Shown here in pieces: positions 31,281 through 40,032 of a DNA stretch of 64,000 nucleotides. The notes below the pieces were generated by a model. The model searched no databases. It was given only the letters and a program-made list of their open reading frames with translations, and was not told the DNA's origin. Origin of the DNA: Dehalococcoidia bacterium. GTDB taxonomy: Bacteria > Chloroflexota > Dehalococcoidia > Plut-88900. The stretch is taken from contig OZ240215.1 of the NCBI GenBank assembly GCA_965197585.1, forward strand, positions 2,912,001 to 2,976,000. The letters are read 5' to 3'. Within the stretch, counting starts at the first letter, position 1; each line of letters begins with the position of its first letter. The position numbers and the translations under genes are program-made.

Positions 31281-31301
31281 TTCCTGCCTCCGCAGGAATG
31301 A
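30291..31301 (+). CDS. IS30 transposase
   Basis: WSPEQVAG, SHESIYR, GHWEAD, TFDNGTEF, SPWQKGGVEN, NNTPRKCLGYRTP. Confidence 0.95.
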   Translation: MGKSYGHVTIEERCEVARLQAAGYSVRQIAASLDRSPSTVAQELKRNGSRTQGYEPRYAYQQAHARRWSGSRLERDRGLREQVLCRLKQGWSPEQVAGRLAMESGKRVISHESIYRFIYGQMARKKEYGWRHYLPRAKSKRGWRGRKGGSPASFMAMRRPIAERPQSAADRRTPGHWEADLMLFRTYEHAVLTMHERYSRILIALRPPGKASRPIAGAMSQVLGQLPPEWRRTVTFDNGTEFALHYRLHELGIETFFCDTHSPWQKGGVENAIGRLRRTLPRKTDLAALPEKRFTQLIQAYNNTPRKCLGYRTPAEIFFESVLHLKCESTFLPPQE

Positions 31302-31384
31302 CGGTTATGTAAGAGTGGGATCACCCTCACCCTAGCCCTCTCCCGTCGAGGGAGAGGGGATAAAGCGGCCCCTCGCAACCCCGC

Positions 31385-31867
31385 CTAGGCCCGGGCGTTG
31401 TAGAGCTGGATGGTTAGCTCCATGTGGCCGATGTGCTGGGAAAGCTCGTCGATGGTGTGGACGAGGGTCCACCTTTTGAGTCGGGGCCCGAGGGTGTCGA
31501 CGGCGCTCTGCTCGGTGAGGGATGCGGGGTCCAGGTTGGCTAGGACGTCGGCGGCGATGGAACGGGTCTCGGAGATGACGTCGGCGATGGTCCTGCGGGC
31601 GCCCCAGAAGTTGATCTCACCGTTGGCGTCGACTTGGGCCACGAACTCTGTGTCCCGCTGCCGGCCTACTTCCTTGCCCGTCAAACCCTGGGCCACCCAC
31701 CATCGGACGACGCCGCACATGTGGGCGGCTAAGGCCGCGACGGAGTTGGTGTCGGCGTCCAGGGGTTCCCAGTTGACGGCGTCGGCGGAGAGAGAAGCGG
31801 CGTGTTCGTCCGCTTTCTTCAGCAGCTTGTCTATGAAGTGGGCGTAGCCTTCAATTTCGGGGTTCAT
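31385..31867 (-). CDS. DinB/DUF664-family protein
   Basis: NSVAALAAHM..V..W, RDTEF, HTIDELSQHIGH. Confidence 0.8.
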   Translation of the reverse strand: MNPEIEGYAHFIDKLLKKADEHAASLSADAVNWEPLDADTNSVAALAAHMCGVVRWWVAQGLTGKEVGRQRDTEFVAQVDANGEINFWGARRTIADVISETRSIAADVLANLDPASLTEQSAVDTLGPRLKRWTLVHTIDELSQHIGHMELTIQLYNARA

Positions 31868-32142
31868 GGTTGTACCTCCAAGTGCTCTTTAGTAAGTGTA
31901 TCTTGCATCTCTTGTGCGATCCAAATCAACTAACCACCACCCCCGCTCATACTTCGAGAGCCTCAGCACGAGCGGCCCCGGCCCCTCCAACAGAGTCTAT
32001 GCAAAGGTCTCATTGAGGGAGAGGGGACAGGACACTCCCCACCCCCATTCCGCTCTTGAGACCCTTCGACCCGGCTCAGGGCGAGCGGATCCCTGCCCCT
32101 GGATTCCCGATCGGAGTCGGGAATGACGGAGGTTGGAGTCTA

Positions 32143-32928
32143 CTATTCTAGGCCTTTGCGGAGGTCCTGGAACATGGTCTCGGCGAGGCCGGTGACATCC
32201 GGGAGGGAAGAGTGGGCGGTGACGTCGTTCTGGAGGGGAGTGATGGAGATGTAGTCGTTGGAGACGGCCCAGATGTCGGTGCCGGGCTGAATGGTCCAGT
32301 TGGGGCGGGAACGGTTGATCCAGTAGTAGAGGCGTCGGGGGTCATTGCCCTCCTCGACGACCTCAGTGTAGGAGCCGTCGGCGAGGCAGGTGACCTTTAC
32401 GCCCTTCAACTGGGCCAGGGGCTTGTTGGGGACGTTGACGTTGATGAGGGCTCGGGGCGGGAGCTTGCCGTCCCGGGCCTTGGCGGCGATGAGGTAGGCC
32501 ATGCGGGCCGCGACCGAGAAGTGAACGTCGTACAGAGCAGTGACGGAGACTGCGAGGGAGGGGATGCCTCGGAAGAAGCCGTGCAATGCCGCCCCGACGG
32601 TGCCTGAAACGAAGACGTCGTTCCCCAGGTTGGAACCCGTGTTGATGCCGGAGACGAGCAGGTCTATCTTCCCTTCGACCAGCTTCTCGGTGGCAAGTAT
32701 CACGCTGTCGCCGGGTGTGCCCTCGACAGCGTAGGACTTGATGCCCTCCCGGCTGAACATGGTCGGGGCCATGCGTACGGCGTGGTGCAGGGTCACGGAG
32801 CTCCCGACGCCGCTCTGCTGCCTGTCGGGGGCGACGACTACCACCTCGCCTATCTCTTTAAGGCTATCGGCGAGGGCCCAGAGGCCGGGGGAGGATATGC
32901 CGTCATCGTTGGTGACCAGTATCTTCAA
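32143..32928 (-). CDS. surE: 5'/3'-nucleotidase SurE
   Basis: KILVTNDDG, VAPDRQQSG, GTPGD, SGINTG.N, SGTVGAA; start at TTG 32928. Confidence 0.95.
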   Translation of the reverse strand: MKILVTNDDGISSPGLWALADSLKEIGEVVVVAPDRQQSGVGSSVTLHHAVRMAPTMFSREGIKSYAVEGTPGDSVILATEKLVEGKIDLLVSGINTGSNLGNDVFVSGTVGAALHGFFRGIPSLAVSVTALYDVHFSVAARMAYLIAAKARDGKLPPRALINVNVPNKPLAQLKGVKVTCLADGSYTEVVEEGNDPRRLYYWINRSRPNWTIQPGTDIWAVSNDYISITPLQNDVTAHSSLPDVTGLAETMFQDLRKGLE

Positions 32929-33269
32929 GGTCAGGGGTGCTCCGTGTTTGGGGGGTGGGGAATGCGGGGAGATTTTAGCATAGTGGGGGGTGGGGTTTGG
33001 ACGGACGAGACGGATTGGCGGTGCGTGGGCCCCCCGCTCGACCCTTCGACGGGGCTCAGGATGAGCGGCCCATCTGCCCCAGGGACGGCAACCACGAGGA
33101 GCTTGTCTCAAAAGTCGCACCACGCCCCACTTCTCGCTTTTTTACGACTTGGATTCGTGCCTACGGCACCCGTCGCACTGGTCAAGAATATCCAATCGGG
33201 CTGTGTTTAATGGCCTTATGAGACAGGCTCCGAGGGTTTGCCCCTACAGGGGAGGGATGAATAGACAGA

Positions 33270-34106
33270 TCAGATGGAGAGGGGGAGGTTGTCTATGAGG
33301 CGGGTCTTGCCTATTTGGACGGCGAGGAGGGCGAGGGTCCCGTCCTGTACGGTGGTGAGGTCTTCGAGGGTGTCGGGGTGGGCGATGGTTGCGTAGTCGA
33401 GGCGGGCGAGGGGTTCCTGGTTGATGATGCGGGCCATCTCGGCCTTGATGTCGGGGCAGGAGAGAGTGCCCTCGCGGCAGAGGGACTGTGCGGTGTCGAG
33501 GGCCTTCCAGAGGACGGTTGCGGCCCGGCGCTGGTCGGGGTCAAGATAGACGTTTCTGCTGCTGATGGCCAGGCCGTCGGGCTCACGGACGGTCGGGACG
33601 CCGACCACTTCCAGGTCGAAATCGAGGTCTCGGGCCATGCGCTTGATGATGACGAGCTGCTGGGCGTCCTTCTGCCCGAAGTAGGCCCTGTCCGGCTTGA
33701 CGATATGGAATAGCTTGGCCACGACTGTCGCCACCCCGACGAAATGTCCGGGCCTCGAAGCGCCCTCGTGGAGGTTGGCGATAGGGCCGGGGTCAACCTT
33801 GGTCTCGGCGCCCGGCCGGTACATCTCGTCAGGCGTGGGAGTGAAGACCAGGCTGACGCCGGCAGCTTCGAGCATGCTTAGGTCGCGGTCTAGGTCCCGG
33901 GGGTAGGAGGTGAAATCCTCGCCGGCACCGAACTGGGTTGGGTTGACGAAGATGGAGGCGGCTACGATGTCATTCTCGGCGGCGGCGCGCTCGACGAGGG
34001 CCATGTGTCCCCGGTGGAGGTAGCCCATGGTCGGGACGAGGCCGAGGGTGCCGGGGGTTGAGGCCCGGGATGTTCTGAATGCGGTGATGGTGTCCAGGAC
34101 CTGCAT
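33270..34106 (-). CDS. panC: pantoate-beta-alanine ligase
   Basis: VPTMGYLHRGH, SIFVNPTQF, RPGHF, FGQKDAQQ, SSRN, RLIDN. Confidence 0.97.
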   Translation of the reverse strand: MQVLDTITAFRTSRASTPGTLGLVPTMGYLHRGHMALVERAAAENDIVAASIFVNPTQFGAGEDFTSYPRDLDRDLSMLEAAGVSLVFTPTPDEMYRPGAETKVDPGPIANLHEGASRPGHFVGVATVVAKLFHIVKPDRAYFGQKDAQQLVIIKRMARDLDFDLEVVGVPTVREPDGLAISSRNVYLDPDQRRAATVLWKALDTAQSLCREGTLSCPDIKAEMARIINQEPLARLDYATIAHPDTLEDLTTVQDGTLALLAVQIGKTRLIDNLPLSI

Positions 34107-34118
34107 ATGCGGGGAGGG

Positions 34119-34955
34119 CTAGGCGTACTGCAGGAGCTCGGAGAGAACGCTGGGATCCATGGTGAAGCTCTGCTTCTCGGTAGGGAAGCTAGACCCTCGG
34201 ACGTCGTCCCGGTAGCGGGCTATGGCGTCGGCGGTGGAGCTGCCGACGGACGCGTAAGTGCGTGCGTGCCTGGGCGTGTAGTCGGGGCAGGTGGCGAGGA
34301 TGTCGTTAATTACCTGGACCTGGCCGTCGCAGTAGACACCGGCGCCGATGCCGATGGTCGGGACGGAGACTCGCTCGGTGATGAGTTGGGCCAGGGGTGC
34401 GGGGACGCATTCGAGGACTATGGAAAAGGCACCGGCGTCCTTGAGGGCCTTGGCGTCCCTGAGAAGCTGGGCCGCCTTCTCGGGGGTCTTGCCCTGGCAG
34501 CGGTAGCCACCGAGCTGGTTCACCGACTGGGGCGTGAGCCCGATGTGGCCCATGACCGGGATGCCGTTCTCGACGATGTGGTGGACGGTGTCGGCGACGG
34601 ACTCCCCACCTTCGAGCTTGACGGTCTGGGCTCCGCCCTCCTGGAGAAGTCTCGCGGCGTTCGTAAGGGCTTCCTTCTTCCCCTGCCGGTAGCTCATGAA
34701 GGGCAAGTCGGAGACGATGAGGGAGCGTTTGGCGCCCCGGGCCACGGCCTTGGTGTGGTGGACCATGTCATCCATGGTGACGAAGACCGTGGACTCGTAG
34801 CCGAGGACGACCATACCAAGGCTATCGCCGACGAGGATCATGGGAATGCCAAGCTCGTCAAGCAGCTTTGCGGTCGGGTAGTCGTAGGCGGTGAGCATGG
34901 GGATCTTCTCGCCGTTACGTTTCATCTTGATGATGGATGCCGTGGTAGTCCGCAT
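34119..34955 (-). CDS. panB: 3-methyl-2-oxobutanoate hydroxymethyltransferase
   Basis: MLTAYD, ILVGDSLGM, KLEGG, GHIGLTPQ, TIGIGAG..CDGQV. Confidence 0.97.
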   Translation of the reverse strand: MRTTTASIIKMKRNGEKIPMLTAYDYPTAKLLDELGIPMILVGDSLGMVVLGYESTVFVTMDDMVHHTKAVARGAKRSLIVSDLPFMSYRQGKKEALTNAARLLQEGGAQTVKLEGGESVADTVHHIVENGIPVMGHIGLTPQSVNQLGGYRCQGKTPEKAAQLLRDAKALKDAGAFSIVLECVPAPLAQLITERVSVPTIGIGAGVYCDGQVQVINDILATCPDYTPRHARTYASVGSSTADAIARYRDDVRGSSFPTEKQSFTMDPSVLSELLQYA

Positions 34956-34965
34956 TCGATTCTCC

Positions 34966-35273
34966 TTGCCATGCACCTTGCTACCTACGGGCCAGGGTCT
35001 CCTCCCGGAAAGGAAGGGAGAGAGAGTTGTATCTGAGGGACACCCTCAGACTCCCGGCAAAGGGGCTCTGCCCCTCTGCACACGCCGTATTTCGGTAGGC
35101 TGTCAATACTCCAGGAACCCTTGTCATGCACCTTACTACCTACGGGCCAGGGTCTCCTCCCGGAAAGGAAGGGAGAGAGTTATATCTGAGGGACACCCTC
35201 AGACTCCCGGCAAAGGGGTGGGGCCCCTCTGCACACCCTGTATTTCGGTAGGCTATCAATACTCCGTGAACCC
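34966..35273. repeat. tandem direct repeat, 2 x ~155 bp, upstream of panB
   Basis: ATGCACCTT.CTACCTACGGGCCAGGGTCTCC...TATTTCGGTAGGCT.TCAATACTCC at 34971 and 35126. Confidence 0.9.
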
Positions 35274-35275
35274 GT

Positions 35276-36250
35276 TTAGACGTTAACCTTCAAATCTGAT
35301 ACTGAGGGGACGCCCCCCAGGCCCGAGGCCTTGACGACGGCTTTGACTATGGCGCTGCTGAGGGCTCGGGCGGCGGCGGCGCCGAAGGGGGTGACGTCGG
35401 GGACGGGGGTGGCTTTGCCGGTGGAGAGGGCGAAGACGACGTCGCCGTCATACATGGTGTGGGCGGGGCGTATGGCCATGGCGAGGCCGTCGTGGGCCAT
35501 CTGGGCGACCTTGTTGGCCTGCTCCTTGGTGAGGGGGGCGTCGGTGGCGACGACGGCCAGCGTTGTGTTGCGCAAGGCCGAGGCCTCTGCGGGGGCAGCC
35601 GCGCTCTCCAATAGATCGACGCTGTCCAGGAAGCCGAGGTTGTCCGCGCCTCGGGGGCCGGCGATGAGGTTGCCGGTCTCGGCGTCTACGATACTGCCAA
35701 GTGCGTTGACTGCGACTAGGGCCCCGACGACGTAATCGCCAACCCGTCGGCTGGAGCAGCCGAGGCCGCCCTTCACAGCACGGTCGGGGCCGAGGGCCTT
35801 GCCGACGGTAGCGCCTGTTCCTGCACCCACGGAGCCCTGGGCGGGGGCCGTTGAGTCGGCGGAGACGCAGGCCTGGTAGCCGTTCTCGGGGCGGGGGCGG
35901 ACGGTGGGGTCGCCGATAGCCAGGTCGAAGAGGATGGCCGAGGCGACTATGGGTACGACACCGACGCCCACGGGATAGCCTATGCCACGCTCTTCGAGGT
36001 AGGTCATGACGCCGTCGGCGGCGGCGAGGCCGTAGGCGCTGCCTCCGCTGAGGACGACGGCATGGGCTTGCTGGACGAGGTTAAGGGGTCGAAGAAGGTC
36101 GGTCTCACGGGTGCCGGGTGCGGCGCCGCGAACGTCGACGCCGCCGACCGCGCCGTCGGGGCAGAGGACTACGGTGCAGCCCGTGACGGCTACGGAGTCG
36201 GTGTAGTGACCGACCTGGAGGCCTGGTACGTCGGTAATCGTGTCGTACAA
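35276..36250 (-). CDS. P1/DmpA-family (S58) aminopeptidase
   Basis: ITDVPGLQVGH, GVDVRGAAPGTRET, LSGGSAYGL, VGAGTGA, NTT, HTMYDGD. Confidence 0.92.
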   Translation of the reverse strand: MYDTITDVPGLQVGHYTDSVAVTGCTVVLCPDGAVGGVDVRGAAPGTRETDLLRPLNLVQQAHAVVLSGGSAYGLAAADGVMTYLEERGIGYPVGVGVVPIVASAILFDLAIGDPTVRPRPENGYQACVSADSTAPAQGSVGAGTGATVGKALGPDRAVKGGLGCSSRRVGDYVVGALVAVNALGSIVDAETGNLIAGPRGADNLGFLDSVDLLESAAAPAEASALRNTTLAVVATDAPLTKEQANKVAQMAHDGLAMAIRPAHTMYDGDVVFALSTGKATPVPDVTPFGAAAARALSSAIVKAVVKASGLGGVPSVSDLKVNV

Positions 36251-36466
36251 CAAAAACCCTCGCAACCCGACCGCGAGGGTTCGCTATACCTGTATTTTCA
36301 ACCCGGTCCGGCTCTATATGGATGCCGGCCATTGGGTCTATGTATGGCTCGGGGCTGTGATGCTTACCGCCGCTCGCGGTCGGCTGCGGGGGCTATTGTA
36401 GCGGGTGGCGGGGTGGGGTTCAAGCCCGTGGACTCGTTCGGTGGGTTAGTGGCTCGCCGGGCTCTT

Positions 36467-37114
36467 ATTCAGTCCTCCTGAGGCGGGTCCTCCATAGGCG
36501 GATGTTCCCCGCCTATGACGGACTTGCAGCATATTCGATTGTGGGGGGGTGGGGTTTGCACTCTCTCTATTGGGTTTTGGGTAGGCGATGGAAGGTCCGG
36601 GACTCGGGCGCGGGGGGCGGGATACGAGCCTGGTTCAGCCCCGTGTTTCTGTGGATACGTGGCAGACAAGCGAGAGGGCCTTCGCTTGAGGGCATCTCTA
36701 CCACCAGTTTTGGCTGACCCACTCGGAGGGGTGGGGAGCACGTTTTCTCGCTGCCGTCGCTGGTTGTATGGGGGTCTCCGAAGGGAACGACGGGGGAGAT
36801 GTTTCCAAGGGCGTAAAGGCCCGAGGTGTTTGGCCCGGCGTGAGCGGGGCTCATTTGGGCAGGGCTCCTTTGAGGGGAGCGTGCCGCTTAAAATTGTGGA
36901 CCATCCATCGCCTTGGAGTCAGGGAAGGGGCACGGGACCCGGTGGGATGAGGAGATGGCGCCGTTTTCCGCCTGAGGCGGACGTACCGGCTTGTGCCGCG
37001 GACCTGCGCGAGGGCCGTTGGGATGGGCTGGGGCGTTGAGTCCTCTGTCGGGTCGGGTGGGCTTCCCTAGGTTTTTGGTTCCTCCTTGGTGAGTTAGGGT
37101 GGTGTTCGAACGGT
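36467..37114 (-). ncRNA. putative large structured non-coding RNA cassette, copy A
   Basis: No credible ORF; promoter upstream; leader, closing stem and tail shared with 58148-58858. Confidence 0.55.
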
Positions 37115-37118
37115 GAGT

Positions 37119-37147
37119 ATAATAGCACTAATGTTCACATGGGTCAA
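37119..37147 (-). promoter_or_regulatory. sigma70-like promoter of cassette A
   Basis: TTGACC-17 nt-(TGc)TATTAT; conserved in copy B. Confidence 0.65.
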
Positions 37148-37548
37148 GGGGTTGGTGTCACACTTGGGAGAGGGACACCGCCCCAGATTCCTCGCGGGGC
37201 ATCGGAATGACACGGGGAAAGGGGATCCGCCCCAGCCCCACAGGGGAACCCTCACCCCCTTAATCCCCCTCTCACGCCACAGGCGCACGCCCAGGCGCAT
37301 CTGCGACATCTTCGACCCTTAGAGCCTTCAAGGGAGAGGGCGAGATAAGAACAGAGGCCCACGTGCGTGCAGAGCACGCACGTGGGCCTCTAGTTCAGTA
37401 CTGGGGGGAAAGGGGATGGATTCCCGATCGGGGCGGGAGGGGGGAGAAGAAGGGCGTAATGGCAAAGGATGAGGTGGTATATGGGCAGGCGTTTTAGATC
37501 CCTCGCGGGGCATCGGGATGGGAAGAGGAGTCGGGGGTGAGGGTTCGG

Positions 37549-37577
37549 TTGACACTCCCATAGCGTGGACTTAACAT
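37549..37577 (+). promoter_or_regulatory. tRNA operon promoter
   Basis: TTGACA-17 nt-TAACAT. Confidence 0.65.
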
Positions 37578-37615
37578 TTAGGCTGGTTAAAGGTGCGCCT
37601 TAGGCACTCGAGGCC

Positions 37616-37692
37616 GGGCGGTTAGCTCAGTTGGTTAGAGCGCTTGCTTCACACGCAAGAGGTCACTGGTTCGAGTCCAGTATCGCCCACCA
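37616..37692 (+). tRNA. tRNA-Val(CAC)
   Basis: Cloverleaf; CTTGC-TTCACAC-GCAAG; GGTTCGAGTCC; encoded CCA. Confidence 0.95.
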
Positions 37693-37709
37693 TGAGGGTG
37701 CGGTTAAGG

Positions 37710-37796
37710 GCCGAAGTGGCGGAACGGCAGACGCGCTGCGTTCAGGGCGCAGTGTCCCACGAGGACGTGTGGGTTCAAATCCCACCTTCGGCACCA
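37710..37796 (+). tRNA. tRNA-Leu(CAG)
   Basis: CTGCG-TTCAGGG-CGCAG; long variable arm; GGTTCAAATCC; CCA. Confidence 0.95.
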
Positions 37797-37858
37797 ACGC
37801 TTGGAAGGTCGGCATCGGCAGTTGAAATAGCGGACGGTAAAGTGTCTGCGACGAAGAT

Positions 37859-37935
37859 GCGCTTGTAGCTCAGTTGGATAGAGCGCTGCCCTGCGGAGGC
37901 AGAGGTCGTGGGTTCGAGCCCCGCCAAGCGCACCA
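37859..37935 (+). tRNA. tRNA-Arg(GCG)
   Basis: CTGCC-CTGCGGA-GGCAG; GGTTCGAGCCC; CCA. Confidence 0.93.
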
Positions 37936-37950
37936 TTTCACCCGGGAATG

Positions 37951-38027
37951 GGGCGATTAGCTCAGTTGGTGAGAGCGCTTGCCTTACAAGCAAGAGGTCA
38001 CTGGTTCGAGTCCAGTATCGCCCACCA
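37951..38027 (+). tRNA. tRNA-Val(TAC)
   Basis: CTTGC-CTTACAA-GCAAG; CCA. Confidence 0.95.
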
Positions 38028-38099
38028 GGCCGAACCAGACCTTCTAGGTATAGTATATACACCCCTAAAACCCTATTGTTGAACCGCGAACGGGCAGAA

Positions 38100-38750
38100 A
38101 TGGGATTGCAGATGAGCAAACTGTATTGGACGAAAGGTCCGGCATATGTAAGTGTTTACTGGGCATCACCGCCATCTAAAGACATTGCACTAGAAGTGAT
38201 ACGTATCTTGGAAGAGTTTCGGTCTCAATGTCAGAGACTCTGGTTTGCGTTCGACGGTATGATGAATGGCCGCCCCCTAGCTGTTCAGCGCTTCAAAGAA
38301 ATGAATGGAAAGAGGGACAACAGGCTTTCTGTTGGGAACCAATTTCCTGATCAAGAACAGAGCATTGGGAATTCGACCATCGCCCAGATCAAATTCGGAG
38401 AGCTAGTTGACGCCATGGCTGAGGGCGGTGAGTTCGAACAATTAAATGCAAAGGCATATCTTGTGTTTATCGATGCCATTTGGGAGGACTCAGTGCGTAC
38501 AAGGATTGCGCAAATCCTCGAAGTTGAAGAGCGGGATGTCAAGTGTGATCTCTTGGCTGACCTACGACGTTTGCGAAACCTAGTACTTCACCGCAGTGAG
38601 AAAGCTAAGCAAGATTACTTGGAGAAGGCCACATTGCTGCCTCAGATTTGGGATGTGAATCCCGATGATGTGGTCATTACTACTTCTATGTTACATGCCT
38701 TGGTTGAGCAATTGAATGCAGTGCAAATTCATGTAGGTAAGGCGACTTGA
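38100..38750 (+). CDS. hypothetical protein with HEPN-like RxxxxH motif
   Basis: DAIWE...DLRRLRNLVLH; low GC; start at ATG 38100 or 38112. Confidence 0.6.
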   Translation: MGLQMSKLYWTKGPAYVSVYWASPPSKDIALEVIRILEEFRSQCQRLWFAFDGMMNGRPLAVQRFKEMNGKRDNRLSVGNQFPDQEQSIGNSTIAQIKFGELVDAMAEGGEFEQLNAKAYLVFIDAIWEDSVRTRIAQILEVEERDVKCDLLADLRRLRNLVLHRSEKAKQDYLEKATLLPQIWDVNPDDVVITTSMLHALVEQLNAVQIHVGKAT

Positions 38751-38905
38751 AGGCTGCCCGCCGTGTGCCGCCGAGATGGATCACATTTGTCCGAACTGCT
38801 GCGGGGAGACCTCGGAGGGGGTGAGGGGTGGGCATGAAGAGGTCCGATATCTTTTGATAGGCGATTGACTATCCCTTACACGAGTAAATAGAAGAGGATA
38901 TAGCC

Positions 38906-39835
38906 ATGACATGGCATAGAGCTATACCCGACGTCGACTCCTGGCAGCCTGCGGAGGGTAAGGACGACACACTTCGGAATTCGTTAATGGTCACGTGTCA
39001 ACTCGTACAGGCACGTATCGCTGCGCGGGCTGACGCTGAGATTAGGTTCAATATACGGAACTTTGATTCTGGCTCTGCATTGGAAGATATCGTACGCGAA
39101 GAATTGACCGACCTTCTTCCAAATCGCTATGAGGTCTCTGCGGGGGTAATCAACGATCGCATGGGACGCACGGCTGGCGACTGTGATTTGATTGTACGAG
39201 ACCCCAATTGGTCTCCTGTGATCAAAACTGGTGCAACCGGTCAGTCCCGACGGTTTCATTTCCCAATCGAAGGGGTGTATGCAGTAACGGAGATTAAACA
39301 AACTCTCGGGCGCAAAGAATTAGATGCAGCCATGAAAAAGTTAGTTATGGTTGCTAGGCTCGTGCGGCCAGAAAATCCCTACGGACATATAACCGAAAAT
39401 CAACACATTACTGATTTCGATAGGCCAGGTGCTACACTTAATCCCCTCCATACGACAATTTTCGCCACCAGACTTCCAAACCGTACCAAATTCGATGATG
39501 TTGTTAATCGCTTTGCAGAAATCAATGCTAAGCTGAGCCGAAAGGATATGGTGAAGATGCTTTGCGTGTTAGGGCATGGCACAGCTTGGTATTCAGTCGA
39601 GAGTGGTGATCCGTACAATGCGACGTACATGGCTGATGGAAACAGGCAATTAATAATGCAAATTAACCACAAAGAGCCTAAGAACTCTTTCTATCGCTAT
39701 TACGTGGAGATCTTGGGACACCTAACGCGCTCAGTGCTAAGGCTCCACGAAATATCGAACATTTATGGTGAGCCACCACCGCCTAGGGACACTCGATCCT
39801 TCCCAAAAGCTGCATTTAATGCAAACGGAGCATAA
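38906..39835 (+). CDS. DUF6602-like PD-(D/E)xK nuclease-fold protein
   Basis: GSALEDIVRE.L..LLP.RY.V.AGVIND..G.TAGDCDLIV...PIEGVYAVTEIKQ. Confidence 0.7.
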   Translation: MTWHRAIPDVDSWQPAEGKDDTLRNSLMVTCQLVQARIAARADAEIRFNIRNFDSGSALEDIVREELTDLLPNRYEVSAGVINDRMGRTAGDCDLIVRDPNWSPVIKTGATGQSRRFHFPIEGVYAVTEIKQTLGRKELDAAMKKLVMVARLVRPENPYGHITENQHITDFDRPGATLNPLHTTIFATRLPNRTKFDDVVNRFAEINAKLSRKDMVKMLCVLGHGTAWYSVESGDPYNATYMADGNRQLIMQINHKEPKNSFYRYYVEILGHLTRSVLRLHEISNIYGEPPPPRDTRSFPKAAFNANGA

Positions 39836-40032
39836 TTGGAGGTGAAGAGTGCTAGGGCCTGTCGCTTTGTGGGGCCAAGAAAAGTTGCTTGATGGGCAGG
39901 CGTTTGAGATTCCTCGCGGAGCCTCGGAATGGGGGGGAACCTTGGGATGATGGGGAAGGGGGGCTTTCGGATGACAGGTGTCGGGGAGGGTGCTATAAAG
40001 GCGGGCGGGGCGCTTAGATAAGGGGAGGGCCA

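Noticed and set aside
32929-33123. N-terminal extension of SurE in the ORF track
   Set aside because: Runs through REP sequence; the family start KILVTNDDG begins at 32928.
36467-37114. tmRNA, RNase P, SRP, 6S or group II intron identity for the cassettes
   Set aside because: No tRNA-like ends, no GAGGAAAGTCC, no SRP loop, no domain V consensus recognised by eye; an Rfam scan is still needed.
37990-38027. Duplicated tRNA 3' end as an att site
   Set aside because: The only duplicate I saw is the other complete tRNA-Val; no attR or integrase downstream.
37908-38099. N-terminal extension of ORF 37908-38750
   Set aside because: Overlaps two tRNA genes.
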